Part shown: piece after piece, positions 10,632 to 20,450 of the stretch | How positions within the stretch are numbered: the first letter of the stretch is position 1 | Layout: each line of letters begins with the position of its first letter | Source of the DNA: Catajapyx aquilonaris | Lineage: Eukaryota | Assembly (NCBI GenBank): GCA_000934665.2 | Contig: KZ538431.1 | Location: 62,001-90,823, forward strand | Direction of reading: 5' to 3' | Length of the DNA: 28,823 nt | Program-made: the position numbers and the translations under genes | The notes under the pieces: model-generated | Database searches by the model: none | Told to the model about the DNA's origin: nothing | What the model saw: only the letters and a program-made list of their open reading frames with translations

Positions 10632-13600
10632 TAAAATAATGTGCAAGTTCACATTTTGATAGTCATTTGCTGTAAGCTTAACAACATTAAATAATATGAG
10701 CTGATAGATGAAATCACTGATACATTATTATTTTTGGAGAACACAATGAAGAGTTAGAATCAAGCTTAAGTGCGGATGCGCTTTATCCTGCTTTTCTCTT
10801 CTTTTTTTTTTCTTCCTCCTCCTCCCCCTTTAACATCCTCCCCCCTTCCCACTCTAGTCGTTCATAAAAGTTGCCGGAATAACTCTTGCGCCTCACAAAA
10901 CATTGAGAAGGGAAAAGGAGGCTCTCAGCATGCCGGAGAACCAATATTTGCGATCTGGCGGATATAGAGATCCATTTGACTTTGATGCGAGCCAGGAGAC
11001 TTTTTTGATGGGCCATACACCAACTAGAATTCATTATAACGTACATTTGTAGCCTGGCGATTTCTGCGCTGAAAGCTGCCATAGTCATAACCTCTTGTTG
11101 GTCGCGGGGAAAGGTATATAAGAGGGAAGGGAGGGGGTTGAAGCTTGAACTGCAAGCTAAGAGAGAGAGAGACCCCAGCAGCATCTCTTCTGCCTCTTTT
11201 TTTTGGTGCAGCAGGAGCAGCTATCAAAATGACTCATCCATAGTGAAATGGGGGCTTCCCAAAGTACCTGCGGATGAGAATTTATTGTTTTCCTTTCACC
11301 AGCCAGGCCTCAAACACATTAAAAGGAGGAAGGGAACAGGGAAACGCACTACCCTCATGATACGGACTGACTTGCGGTATTTTCACATTATCCTGTCGAT
11401 ATTCATAACAGCTCCTTTCGCGGCCTGTGGGATTGTTCATTAGTGGCATTCTGGCTCACATCAAACCCAATATCCGAGAGGCCTCCGGCTCCCTTAATTC
11501 GCCCTCAGGATCCCCCCCCCCCCCCACCCACCCACTCTAACCTTTTTTTTCTATCTCTCTCTTCAACCAGATGCTNGTAGGGGGGGGGGGACTCAGGATA
11601 CGATAGACGTGGGAGGCAAAGCCGGCCTTCATTTGCCATAAACGGGTTATAATAGGCACTTATAGGCCTCGTAATAAAGGAGAATCATACCAGGAGATGC
11701 TTGCGCTGATTTTGAACTGCTTCGTGCTGCATTTTCAGTGCGATTCTATATATTGTCGCCCCTGTACGAGGTGAGAATAATAAGTGCTGTAAATTTTCAC
11801 ATTGTTCTTATACAAAGTTTGCGAAGCCAAATGTAGTTTTAGGTGTAATTCACTGATATATTGAACACGCTGAATTGATGCATGCTCACCGTTACAATAG
11901 TTATGTTGTTTCTGCCTATGGATAAATAAAGTGTGGTTACGTGTCACGTCTTGTAATCACACAAGCAATTCCACATAGAACAGTTAACTTTGGTGACATA
12001 AGCGCCATCCTAACATGTTTTTTAATATTATTATCTTTTCAAGCTATATTTTCACAGCTTTTTGCTATCGTCAGGACTGGAATAAGAGATAGGCCTGTAT
12101 GAGCGTCAGTGTCTATACTCAAGTATACTGGACCAACGTCAAAGTGACCAGAATTGTTCTCAAAACTTCAAAGTTCCCCAGAATGCACAACAGAATAATG
12201 TATGCTCCCATAATTATACGATGGGAGATGGAAACGTATATGTGCAGTGCTATATACAGAGCGCTTCACGAGTATGCCAGAAATTTTGGTCGAAAAATTC
12301 AAAAGTGCAATGCTATACCACTTGTGTAAAATAATGCACAATACCATGCCGCGTAGACGACCTTGTTATAATATTATTCATGCAATATTGGTGACTACCC
12401 ATATAGGCTCGATAAAGGCCAATAATATTATTTTGGTCATTGTAACTTTATTATACTCTCAAGTGTGAAAAGGAAACCAACTGATTGTTTCATAATTTGA
12501 GAATAATTTTAATTGGATGAACTACTTCTGAATCATGGTTCATACAGTCTATAATGTAGGTCTTTAAAACACAGTGACCGTTACATACATTTCAAGACCG
12601 CAAAAATTCCAAAGTGGCCAAAGTGTTCACGAGGCGAATAAAACTATTTCCGTTTCCGATCATAATTATCAATATTTTGGAAACCTGCTTCAGATTCTTC
12701 TATATACTCTATAGTGACATTTCGGCTCTTCTTGCATTACCTAAGAATGGGTATTCACCAAATGGAGTACAGCATGCCATAAAAGCTATACTTTGTAACT
12801 AAATTGAAATATGGACCCCTATAATAATATTTGCTTCATTTTTCAATACAATAATTACTATATGCTGACTTTAGGTATCTGCAAAGTATATTCTTGACAT
12901 TATTTTTGACAGATGATATAGTATTGGCCTATAGTCTCCTTATTCAATTCATTTCAGAATTGTTTAAAATTATTGCAAATGATTGTTTTGCATCGTTGCT
13001 CTTGAATGGCAACACATAATAACTAATATAGATCGTATAATGTATAAGTTTGCAGTATCATGAATCGTGCCGTATAGAGTTTATCTCATATCTATATAAT
13101 ATATATAGGTACAGCACATTGCACATCATTTTTCTAAGGGCTGCTTTTCTGCAATATTAATAACGGAAACATAATGCGGTGTGATGCTGCCTAATATCTT
13201 AATTTTCAGGCTCCAATCTCGAAATAAACACTATTGTAATAGTAACCTAATTTCCAACAATGTCACGTGTTTTGAATATATAAGTGCAGTACCACCTTCA
13301 GTTTGCATTCTGCAGCACATGCTGTGAACAAAATGTGCCCTGCTGCCTTTATAGGCCCAGGAAATCCAAGTAATTTGGGTTTCGTTGGGAATATATATCA
13401 GAGAGAAAATCTGTGCCTCTATCTCTCCGCTGTCTCCGGCTTCCTCTGGCTGCTGGGCTGCTGCGCTCTATGTCTATTGATTCATTGAAACAGATCGAAT
13501 TGGAAACTTGGAAGCCCGACGCAAGTGATGGATTACCAAGTACCGACGGGACCCGGCAAATCTCAACAGGAAGCCGCACTTATCGGCAATGATTATTCGT

Positions 13601-16600
13601 CAAAAACATCCTACAAGCTCCTTTTAATTCTCGGCTAGGGGAAATCTCTACGGCATCGAAATGCCCCAGAACTGAGCTCGTTTGGCATCAGGCCGTGCCA
13701 TTTATTTGCAGAGAGGCATATGCTGGTGCAAAGGATGAAGAGGGGGTGGTGCTGGGTGGGTGGGTGGGTGTTGGGGAGAAGGGGTTATATAGGAGGAGAA
13801 GTGGGGGAGGGTGAAAAGAGGGGGGTGCAGATGGAAATGAGTTTCCATGTCGCGCGACGCAGGGGAAGATTTATTAGGCTGAATATGTGATAGGCGGATG
13901 AGTCCTGGCATATCTTAACTATAGAGAGAGACGAGAGAGAGAGGAGGTGGGGCCAGGCCTGCTGTCAGGCATCTTGTTTCAATTTGCTGCTCTCGCGGAT
14001 CTATTATTGCGGTTTTCATATTATTCGCAGGGTGCGGTATGATGACACCAATGATGTTTATTTTGCACATGTTCTTAGCCAGAAAGTGGTGATGTTCTAT
14101 AAGAAAAACAAGGAGACGTGTGCCTGTGTGTTAACAGATAATAAAGATATTGCATGCTGAAGTGTCACAGAGTATATGAAAATTAGTGACGAGGCTTGTG
14201 GAATTGTTAAAACATTCGCACCAATAACAAAAAATTTAACTTAATTAATGACCAAAATGCGAATCTGGCACGGAGTAATGCATTGTATGTCTTCATTGTA
14301 AATTATTACAGTATGTTTACAGGATTTGTGAGGCGATAAGTTGCAATTTATGTTTAAAAACTCACATGCAAAACACTGATGTTAGTCGTAAAAATGACGC
14401 CTTCTCCATAATTTAAAATGAGATACCTGATGGAGCACAAAATACTGTGTTCATACATCGAGCTCCGAGAGCAAAACATTGTGTGACCCAACATTTTCAT
14501 ATTCCTTGTAAACAGCGGGTAAACAGTGGCCTTGGTACAATAATTCTGCCACGATAATTAATTAAGTATTTGCGGTTCTTAACAGAATTAATTTATTTTT
14601 GTTAGGAAATGGTAATATCACAGACCTCGTATTAAGAATACATCACATTCTTTGTTTCTCATATGTAATTGTATTTTTGTTGGAAATATTTTGTCGGTGT
14701 TCTTTCAGTGCTAAGACTTCTGCACCACCCTGTGTGAATATATACTATCCAAAACACATCCGAACCATGTCATCGGTTTCGGGCACATTATGTGACAGTG
14801 TTGCGGTGCGTGTATATAGTGTGAGTATATATATAGACAGGAGTATAGTTGGTAATCCCAGGGCGGAATTGTGTGCAATGGTATGGCACGAGCGGACCTA
14901 AAGAAGCACCTTGAGCAGACAGCCCGAATAATCCGACCGGATGGAATCCTTCATGGCTCTTCACCTACTATTAGAGCGTGGTGAAAGCTTCATCTCAATT
15001 GACCCTAGGCCCTTTTAGACCCACTTTTCCCGGGGACAAATTACCGCATGCCGCTTTATTTCTAGCGGGTGTGAGTGTAATAGGTAATAAAACATGATCG
15101 TGGCGGTTCCCTGAATGGCAGCTCTTCTTCTTTTTGCTCAGCACTGGCCGAGTCCTCTGTGGCCGATTCCACTGCTCCATTCGTCTACCCTGCTAATGAC
15201 GGCCTCTCGATGGCTAACTCATCCAAACGGCACTCTTCTCTCTCTCTCTTTCCCTCCCTCCCATAGTAACATCTACACCGTTGGGTAGATGCCAGCTGAT
15301 TGGATCCCCCCACGACTATAAAACCGAATTCTAAGGACAGCACTTCTGTATATAACTGCGCTCTTTGTTTATGTGGCTGGAATTAGTTCGGCCTGATAAC
15401 TGCTGGTCTGCTGTTATTGCTTTATGTGGATGCCCACGCGTGTAACGTTTTCAACTTGATATGTGTAATGTTTCACATGGTGGATGGAGCAACTGAGCAT
15501 GCCATCACTATAATATTATCTGTGTATCGCAACCAGGGTGTCAATGAAAATGGGATGTTCAATAACTGGATCCATTCAGAGAATGTAAACTATTTGCCCA
15601 CACATGCAACTAAAAACCTGTCCAAAAAAATGTGCATTCTTGTGCATCGTCAGCATCACCTGCCTGTCTGTCAGTCCTTATAATCCCCCCAGTAAATCAA
15701 AAGCGGCACAAAAGGATAAGTTGGTGGTATGCTGGTGATGGTTCTATACACACAGAAGCAGTGTTGGGTGTGCGGAAAAGGCCCGTCTCTTGAGGAGTCA
15801 TTAGCCCCCGGCTGCAGAGCCATGGCAGTAAATCACACTTTTCAGCGCACAAAAGGGTTGGGTGGGGCCATAAGGTGCTCCAATTCGGGGCTGGGTGGCC
15901 CCGTGTCCGGCGGCACGGGGTCAAAAAGGAGGCCTCCGGAGTTCGAGAGGGGTCGGGGAGGTGGGTTGTTGCAACTGGGGGATGGAGGAGGAGGAGGAGG
16001 AGGAAGAGGGAGTTTTGTGGGGGGGCCAACAGACCGAAAACAAAAATGTCCTTAGGGGGATGCACTGGAATGCAAGCCGCTGGGCCTTTTTTTTACTGCT
16101 GAAAGGGAGGGGGGATCCGAAATCAGCACTTGATGAGGATTTAGGCCTAGTGCATAACTTTGTTAATTTAATTCTTTCGGTTTATTGGGACGGGCGCAAA
16201 AAAATGGCGTTTGTTGTTTATGGAGCGGTAAGTACTGAACACTATACCTTTTGTAGGTGAAAGTGCCTAGGCGAAAGCGAATGGGTTCTATCAGTTGGAA
16301 TAATAACGCAGCTAGAACATAATATCATTCAACAATTTTAAACTATTGAAGTGTATTAAATTTGGTAAATCACAGCTGTAATCCTCATTGCTGCAAGATA
16401 TTAGAAAATATAATAATTATTAAGTTTTCGCATTTTTCCAAATACATATTACAAATACGACAAATTTTCTCCAATGGACAAGCTGCTTGATGCCTATTCT
16501 ATAATTGATAGTCTATATATAGACATCTATAGCATGTATAATAATATATTGTGCTGTGTAATCATGTGATCTGTGGAAGTTTTTTTCTCTGTCTTATTCA

Positions 16601-18247
16601 ATTGACCTTCGCAGCAGTACTGCATGGTTTTCTAGCGATCAGGATAGGAACCAAGTTGCGTGCGGTTGTTCAAAGTATATTTTCTGTGATATCAAGATTT
16701 TAAACAGCACTAAATATTCATCGCAATCTCTGCATTTCAGCTCTAAAAAGTAACGGCATGTGGAAACCTTTTTATACTGATAGCAATGTTGACATTTCTA
16801 GTTTTGTTGCATGCGTACTGCTGTTGTGACTATCACGACAAACACAGTCAACGCTGCTGTGCTATCCTTTCCGTTGATCAGTTAACATGCGGCTGACAGT
16901 GGTCTAAAATTGAGGACTGCAAAATGTTGGCGCGCTTTCCGCTAAAGACGATGAACATTATTTGGTACACCGCCTCAAACTACATAGGCTATTTCATAAA
17001 ACTTTCAGTTCGTGCACACACGTGTTCTAACAGCTAATGTTCATATAGTTGGAACGTGTTTATACCCTAAATCTGCGAATATTGAAATTTAATTTTTTTT
17101 TCGTGATTGTCACAAATGCAGGTATAATATCGATAAAATTTGTCATCTTTAGGTTTTCGGAAATTAATATTGTAAAAAAATTAATACCCTTCCAACAATT
17201 TTAAAATGTTCCGTATATGAAGGATAGTATACCGGCAAGATATAAAAGCTGCTTGTCCCCGTGTCCAATGAGTCTGCACAATAACGCGACAATTTCGAGA
17301 TGTTTTCACGTGCGGTAAATGTGATCAACATTAGTCCTTACTTTGAAAAATTACACAACAGCCTATAGCAGCGTGTAAACGCTGCTCAAACGAGAACTGA
17401 ATATAAAACAGCAGGTGTAATACCCCCCATCAACTTTTTTATATTTTTTGAGGGGGTGAGGGTGAAGGGTGGGAGGACAACGTTTCCATGTTCCATCCGC
17501 GTGGGTTTGTGCGAATCGGGTAGGTATATTTAATATTTCTCTCCAGTACAAAAGTGCGGTTATGTCGAGCATTATATTTTTGGCGCATTTCGGATGGGAC
17601 AAGCCCCCGACAGTACTGGGTGGTGGTGGTGGGGGAGAGGAAAAAGCGGGGTGTTTTCCACTGCCTGGAAATGCAAACCCCCTCTCCACCCCCACCCAGC
17701 ACCCCCACCCCCTCTAAACACGGGTTCAAAATTGTCATCACGCTCGGTCGCTCTCTGCCGGAGAACAAAAGGAAGAAAACAATTCGGGAGCGTCGGTGGA
17801 AATGATTCGTGTGATGTAGTTGTCCGCACTTGTTATCTCCATGCAAGGCTGCTGCCACTCTATCTAACTGTATGCCCGGCCTATTGGGAGTTTCGATAAT
17901 AAGTCTCCGTTTGCATTAACATGATTTGTGACACGTAGCGGGGGTGAGAGGGGGAGGCACAAACCCCGGTTTTGCAGCCAGGGCAGGTTAAATGTGACTG
18001 CATGACCTATCAGCTCATTTGAATTTGTGTAATAGATAGTGCAGGATTTTTTTTTTCCTGTTATAGTGCTATAACTTGACTACTTGCAACAATGTGGGTA
18101 AATTATTCGGTAAAGGCCATGTCCAGTGAGTATAATTTTTTTAAATAATAATAAGTCGGTTAAGTCCATCTCCAGTAGGTATATGAATATACCGTATACC
18201 GTATAGCCTATATATTTTTAAAATCGAGCGGAATATTTCTTTTGAAA

Positions 18248-18521
18248 TCTTATACAATATATATAAAGCAGAAAGTTTGTTGGTGTTTATGTATGTCACG
18301 GCTACCTCACCCACTTTCAATGCTGAGAGTGCTGAAATTTGGCACACAGACGTCGTGCCGCTGATTCAGGTAAAAGTCCGAAAACTGTACTTTTAAAAGT
18401 CTATAAACCACCCAAATATTTGTAAATTTTTAAAATGATGTTTGGTGTTTCATCTGAGGAAATTGTGGCGCAGATGTCTTTTATTTACGGGTATCAATCA
18501 CCGTGCGAAATTCCGTGATAG
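18248..18521 (+). mobile_element. Degenerate non-autonomous Helitron-like relic (Lep1-like 5' end)
   Basis: A|TC start, then TATACAATATATATAAAGCAGAAAGT, a GT-rich microsatellite-like stretch and TGAAATTTGGCACAC. This resembles, from memory, the 5' architecture of arthropod non-autonomous Helitrons. The 3' end is tentative (weak hairpin ATCAC..GTGAT, then ATAG|T instead of CTAG|T). Confidence 0.45.
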
Positions 18522-19345
18522 TTATAAACCTTTTTAAAAAAAATTCGGTATCAATGTTTGTTTGGAAATTATGTGTAATATATAGGATATATACCTCTTG
18601 TGCACTATTTTTTGCCAGCTGACTCGAATAACACCTTTTATGCAGTGTACCGGATCAGCACCGGAACAATTTATTCTGAACATTTACGGGCGTGGATTTT
18701 GCTTCTAATTAAGCCCTCCCCTACTTATAGAGCCCGGTTTTAGAAACACACAAAGTTTCCATTCCGCGCGCCAGAAGCAGGCTGGCAGCGAGCGGGGGGG
18801 TTGGAAGAGTATACGGCGGGGCTCTCCGAAAAAAAAAAAAAAAAAGTGTTAACACATTCATGCATATCAAAAATTACTTGCCACAGAATTAGCATTTAGA
18901 TTGTGGTAAGCAAGTCTAGGGAGAGTTAGCGAGGTGAGGCGTCTCTGGGGGCCATCACATGCAAACTTAGGCTTGTTTATTCATGACTGGGGGTAAGGCT
19001 GGAAGCGGGCGGGTTGGTGGGGGTAAAAAAAAGTGTGTGTGTATGTATACAAGGGGTATAAGAGAGAAAAGGCCTACCAAAAAGGATGGAGCGGGAAGGT
19101 GGATGGTGTCTGTTGGGCGGTCAGCCATCCTCTGAAAGAAGCTCTAGTTGGTGGTGCCGCCGGCCACCAGAGCTATCCTCCTCCTCCTCCTCTTCTTTCT
19201 TTTTTTTGGGGGGTGGGGAGGGTGTGGGGGGCCCAAGGATGATGCTGGGTGTGGGGCCCCTGTGCAGCCCCGGTGCAGCCAAAACAGATGATAATTGTAT
19301 GACACGGCGCGGCTGGCGGATCGTGACGTGTGTGGCCCCGGATTG

Positions 19346-19541
19346 GCCCCCGGGAGCGTGCGCGCGCGGGGATAGGACGAGGTCCGGGGCCTGAGAGGCG
19401 TGGCCTGGCGCCGGGACTAACATGTCAATAGTACTCGCGTGGCTTTATGTCTCTCCTGGGGGGAGGGGCCCATGGGAGCCCGGCTGAATGCGAACAATAT
19501 TTGTGAGCAACAAAATCCCCCCCCCCCCCCTTCCCCAGAGC
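19346..19541. promoter_or_regulatory. Promoter-proximal cluster of COE/EBF-like sites
   Basis: GCCCCCGGGA 19346, TCTCCTGGGG 19452, GCCCATGGGA 19468 and TCCCCAGAGC 19532, versus the consensus TCCCNNGGGA. Confidence 0.4.
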
Positions 19542-19585
19542 TTCGACATCAAATTGTCTGGACCTAGTGAGCCATTCGATGGTTA

Positions 19586-19620
19586 TCATTCGGGCGTTTA
19601 TCTAGCCCTTAGCCGCACAC
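19586..19620 (+). promoter_or_regulatory. Candidate TATA-less core promoter (Inr plus DPE-like element)
   Basis: TCATTC at 19586-19591 matches the arthropod Inr TCAKTY (+1 = 19588). GCACAC at +28..+33 fits the degenerate DPE set DSWYVY. GC/CpG-rich region upstream and a GAGA tract at 19671-19690 downstream. An alternative Inr match TCAGTC lies at 19907-19912. Confidence 0.4.
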
Positions 19621-19916
19621 ACACTGGCTTTGCTGCAACCTGCTGGTTGGGTAGTAGTGTGGTGGTGGATAGAGAGCAAGAGAGAGAGAGGTGTGTGTAC
19701 CTGCAGGGTCTGAGCGCGACTGGCCCGGTTCTCTCTTCTGGGGGGATTTGTACACTGGCAGCGTCGGCGGCGTCGTGGAGCAAGGCAGGAGCTAGGAAGC
19801 AGGCGTGCACACAACGCAAAGGACTGGACCACCGCCGCCGCATCTCAAGCCTCCAGTTGGGACTCGGGGTGTCCAGGGTCGAGCACCGCCCCTACTCTCC
19901 ATCCACTCAGTCTCTC

Positions 19917-19958
19917 ATGAGAGCCGCAAGTGGGCCCACCTCAACCTCAACTTCCTAA
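19917..19958 (+). other. Upstream ORF (MRAASGPTSTSTS*) in the putative 5' leader
   Basis: The only ATG I found between the candidate TSS (~19588) and ATG 20317. It is out of frame with Collier and ends at TAA 19956-19958. Confidence 0.5.
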
Positions 19959-20007
19959 CCTGTCCCTTGGACATAGTCTCCCTGGTGACCCCTGCTGGGC
20001 CAGCACC

Positions 20008-20316
20008 GTGGCCTCCTCGACGGACGGCCTGGCGACGCTCGGCCTTTGCTGCTTTCCCCCGACGCACCATCACCACCACCATCACCACCACCACCATCAT
20101 CCGGCTGAGTGCGGGTGTGGTTTGCGGACTGCTCCACCGACGGCCAACGTCGTGCCCGCGGCATCGTCACCGTCGGTAGCCGCCGTTGCACCGCCACCGC
20201 CGCCGGCACCACCGCCGCCTCCGCCGCCGCCGCCGCCTCCCTCAGCGGCCGCCGTTTCCTCTCCATCCTCCGTCGCCGCCGCTACCACCACGGCGACGCC
20301 CTGGCCCACCAAGTTC
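20008..20316 (+). CDS. Putative in-frame N-terminal extension of Collier (His12, Pro-rich and Ala/Ser-rich), candidate GUG start
   Basis: The frame is open from the TGA at 19918-19920 to ATG 20317 with no in-frame ATG. GTG 20008 lies in accGTGg context. CAC/CAT and CCN repeat variation falls on third codon positions in this frame. The start position is inferred. Confidence 0.5.
20065..20100 (+). repeat. (CAY)12 trinucleotide repeat, poly-His in the Collier frame
   Basis: CAC CAT CAC CAC CAC CAT CAC CAC CAC CAC CAT CAT. Confidence 0.9.
20191..20241 (+). repeat. (CCN)n repeat, poly-Pro in the Collier frame
   Basis: 16 CCN codons (CCG/CCA/CCT/CCC) interrupted by one GCA. Confidence 0.9.
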
Positions 20317-20450
20317 ATGTTCGGCCTCCAGGACGCCGCCGCCCTGCACCAGCCCCGAGGGCCCGTCACCTCCCTCAAGGAAGAGCCGCTGTCCACCTCG
20401 CAGCTGGGGCCCAGGTCATGGATGCAACCGGCTATGGTTGACCAGAGCAA
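20317..20450 (+). CDS. kn: Collier/Knot (COE/EBF) transcription factor, conserved coding exon 1 (134 nt, ends in phase 2)
   Basis: Translates MFGLQDAAALHQPRGPVTSLKEEPLSTSQLGPRSWMQPAMVDQS. MFG...KEEPL...WMQ is the COE N-terminal signature, and QPRGPVTSLKEEPL...MQP..DQS matches Drosophila Collier as recalled. Followed by the donor AA|GTGAGT at 20451. Confidence 0.93.

Noticed and set aside
217..19423. Numerous 60-160 aa ORFs upstream, including 9034-9510
   Set aside because: No recognisable domains. Many are low-complexity translations of homopolymer or microsatellite tracts, many start at GTG/TTG, and no consistent exon structure is evident.
19930..19976. 47-nt mini-intron that might join ATG 19917 to the extension frame
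   Set aside because: The donor would be phase 1 and the acceptor phase 2, so the product is out of frame. The donor is also weak.
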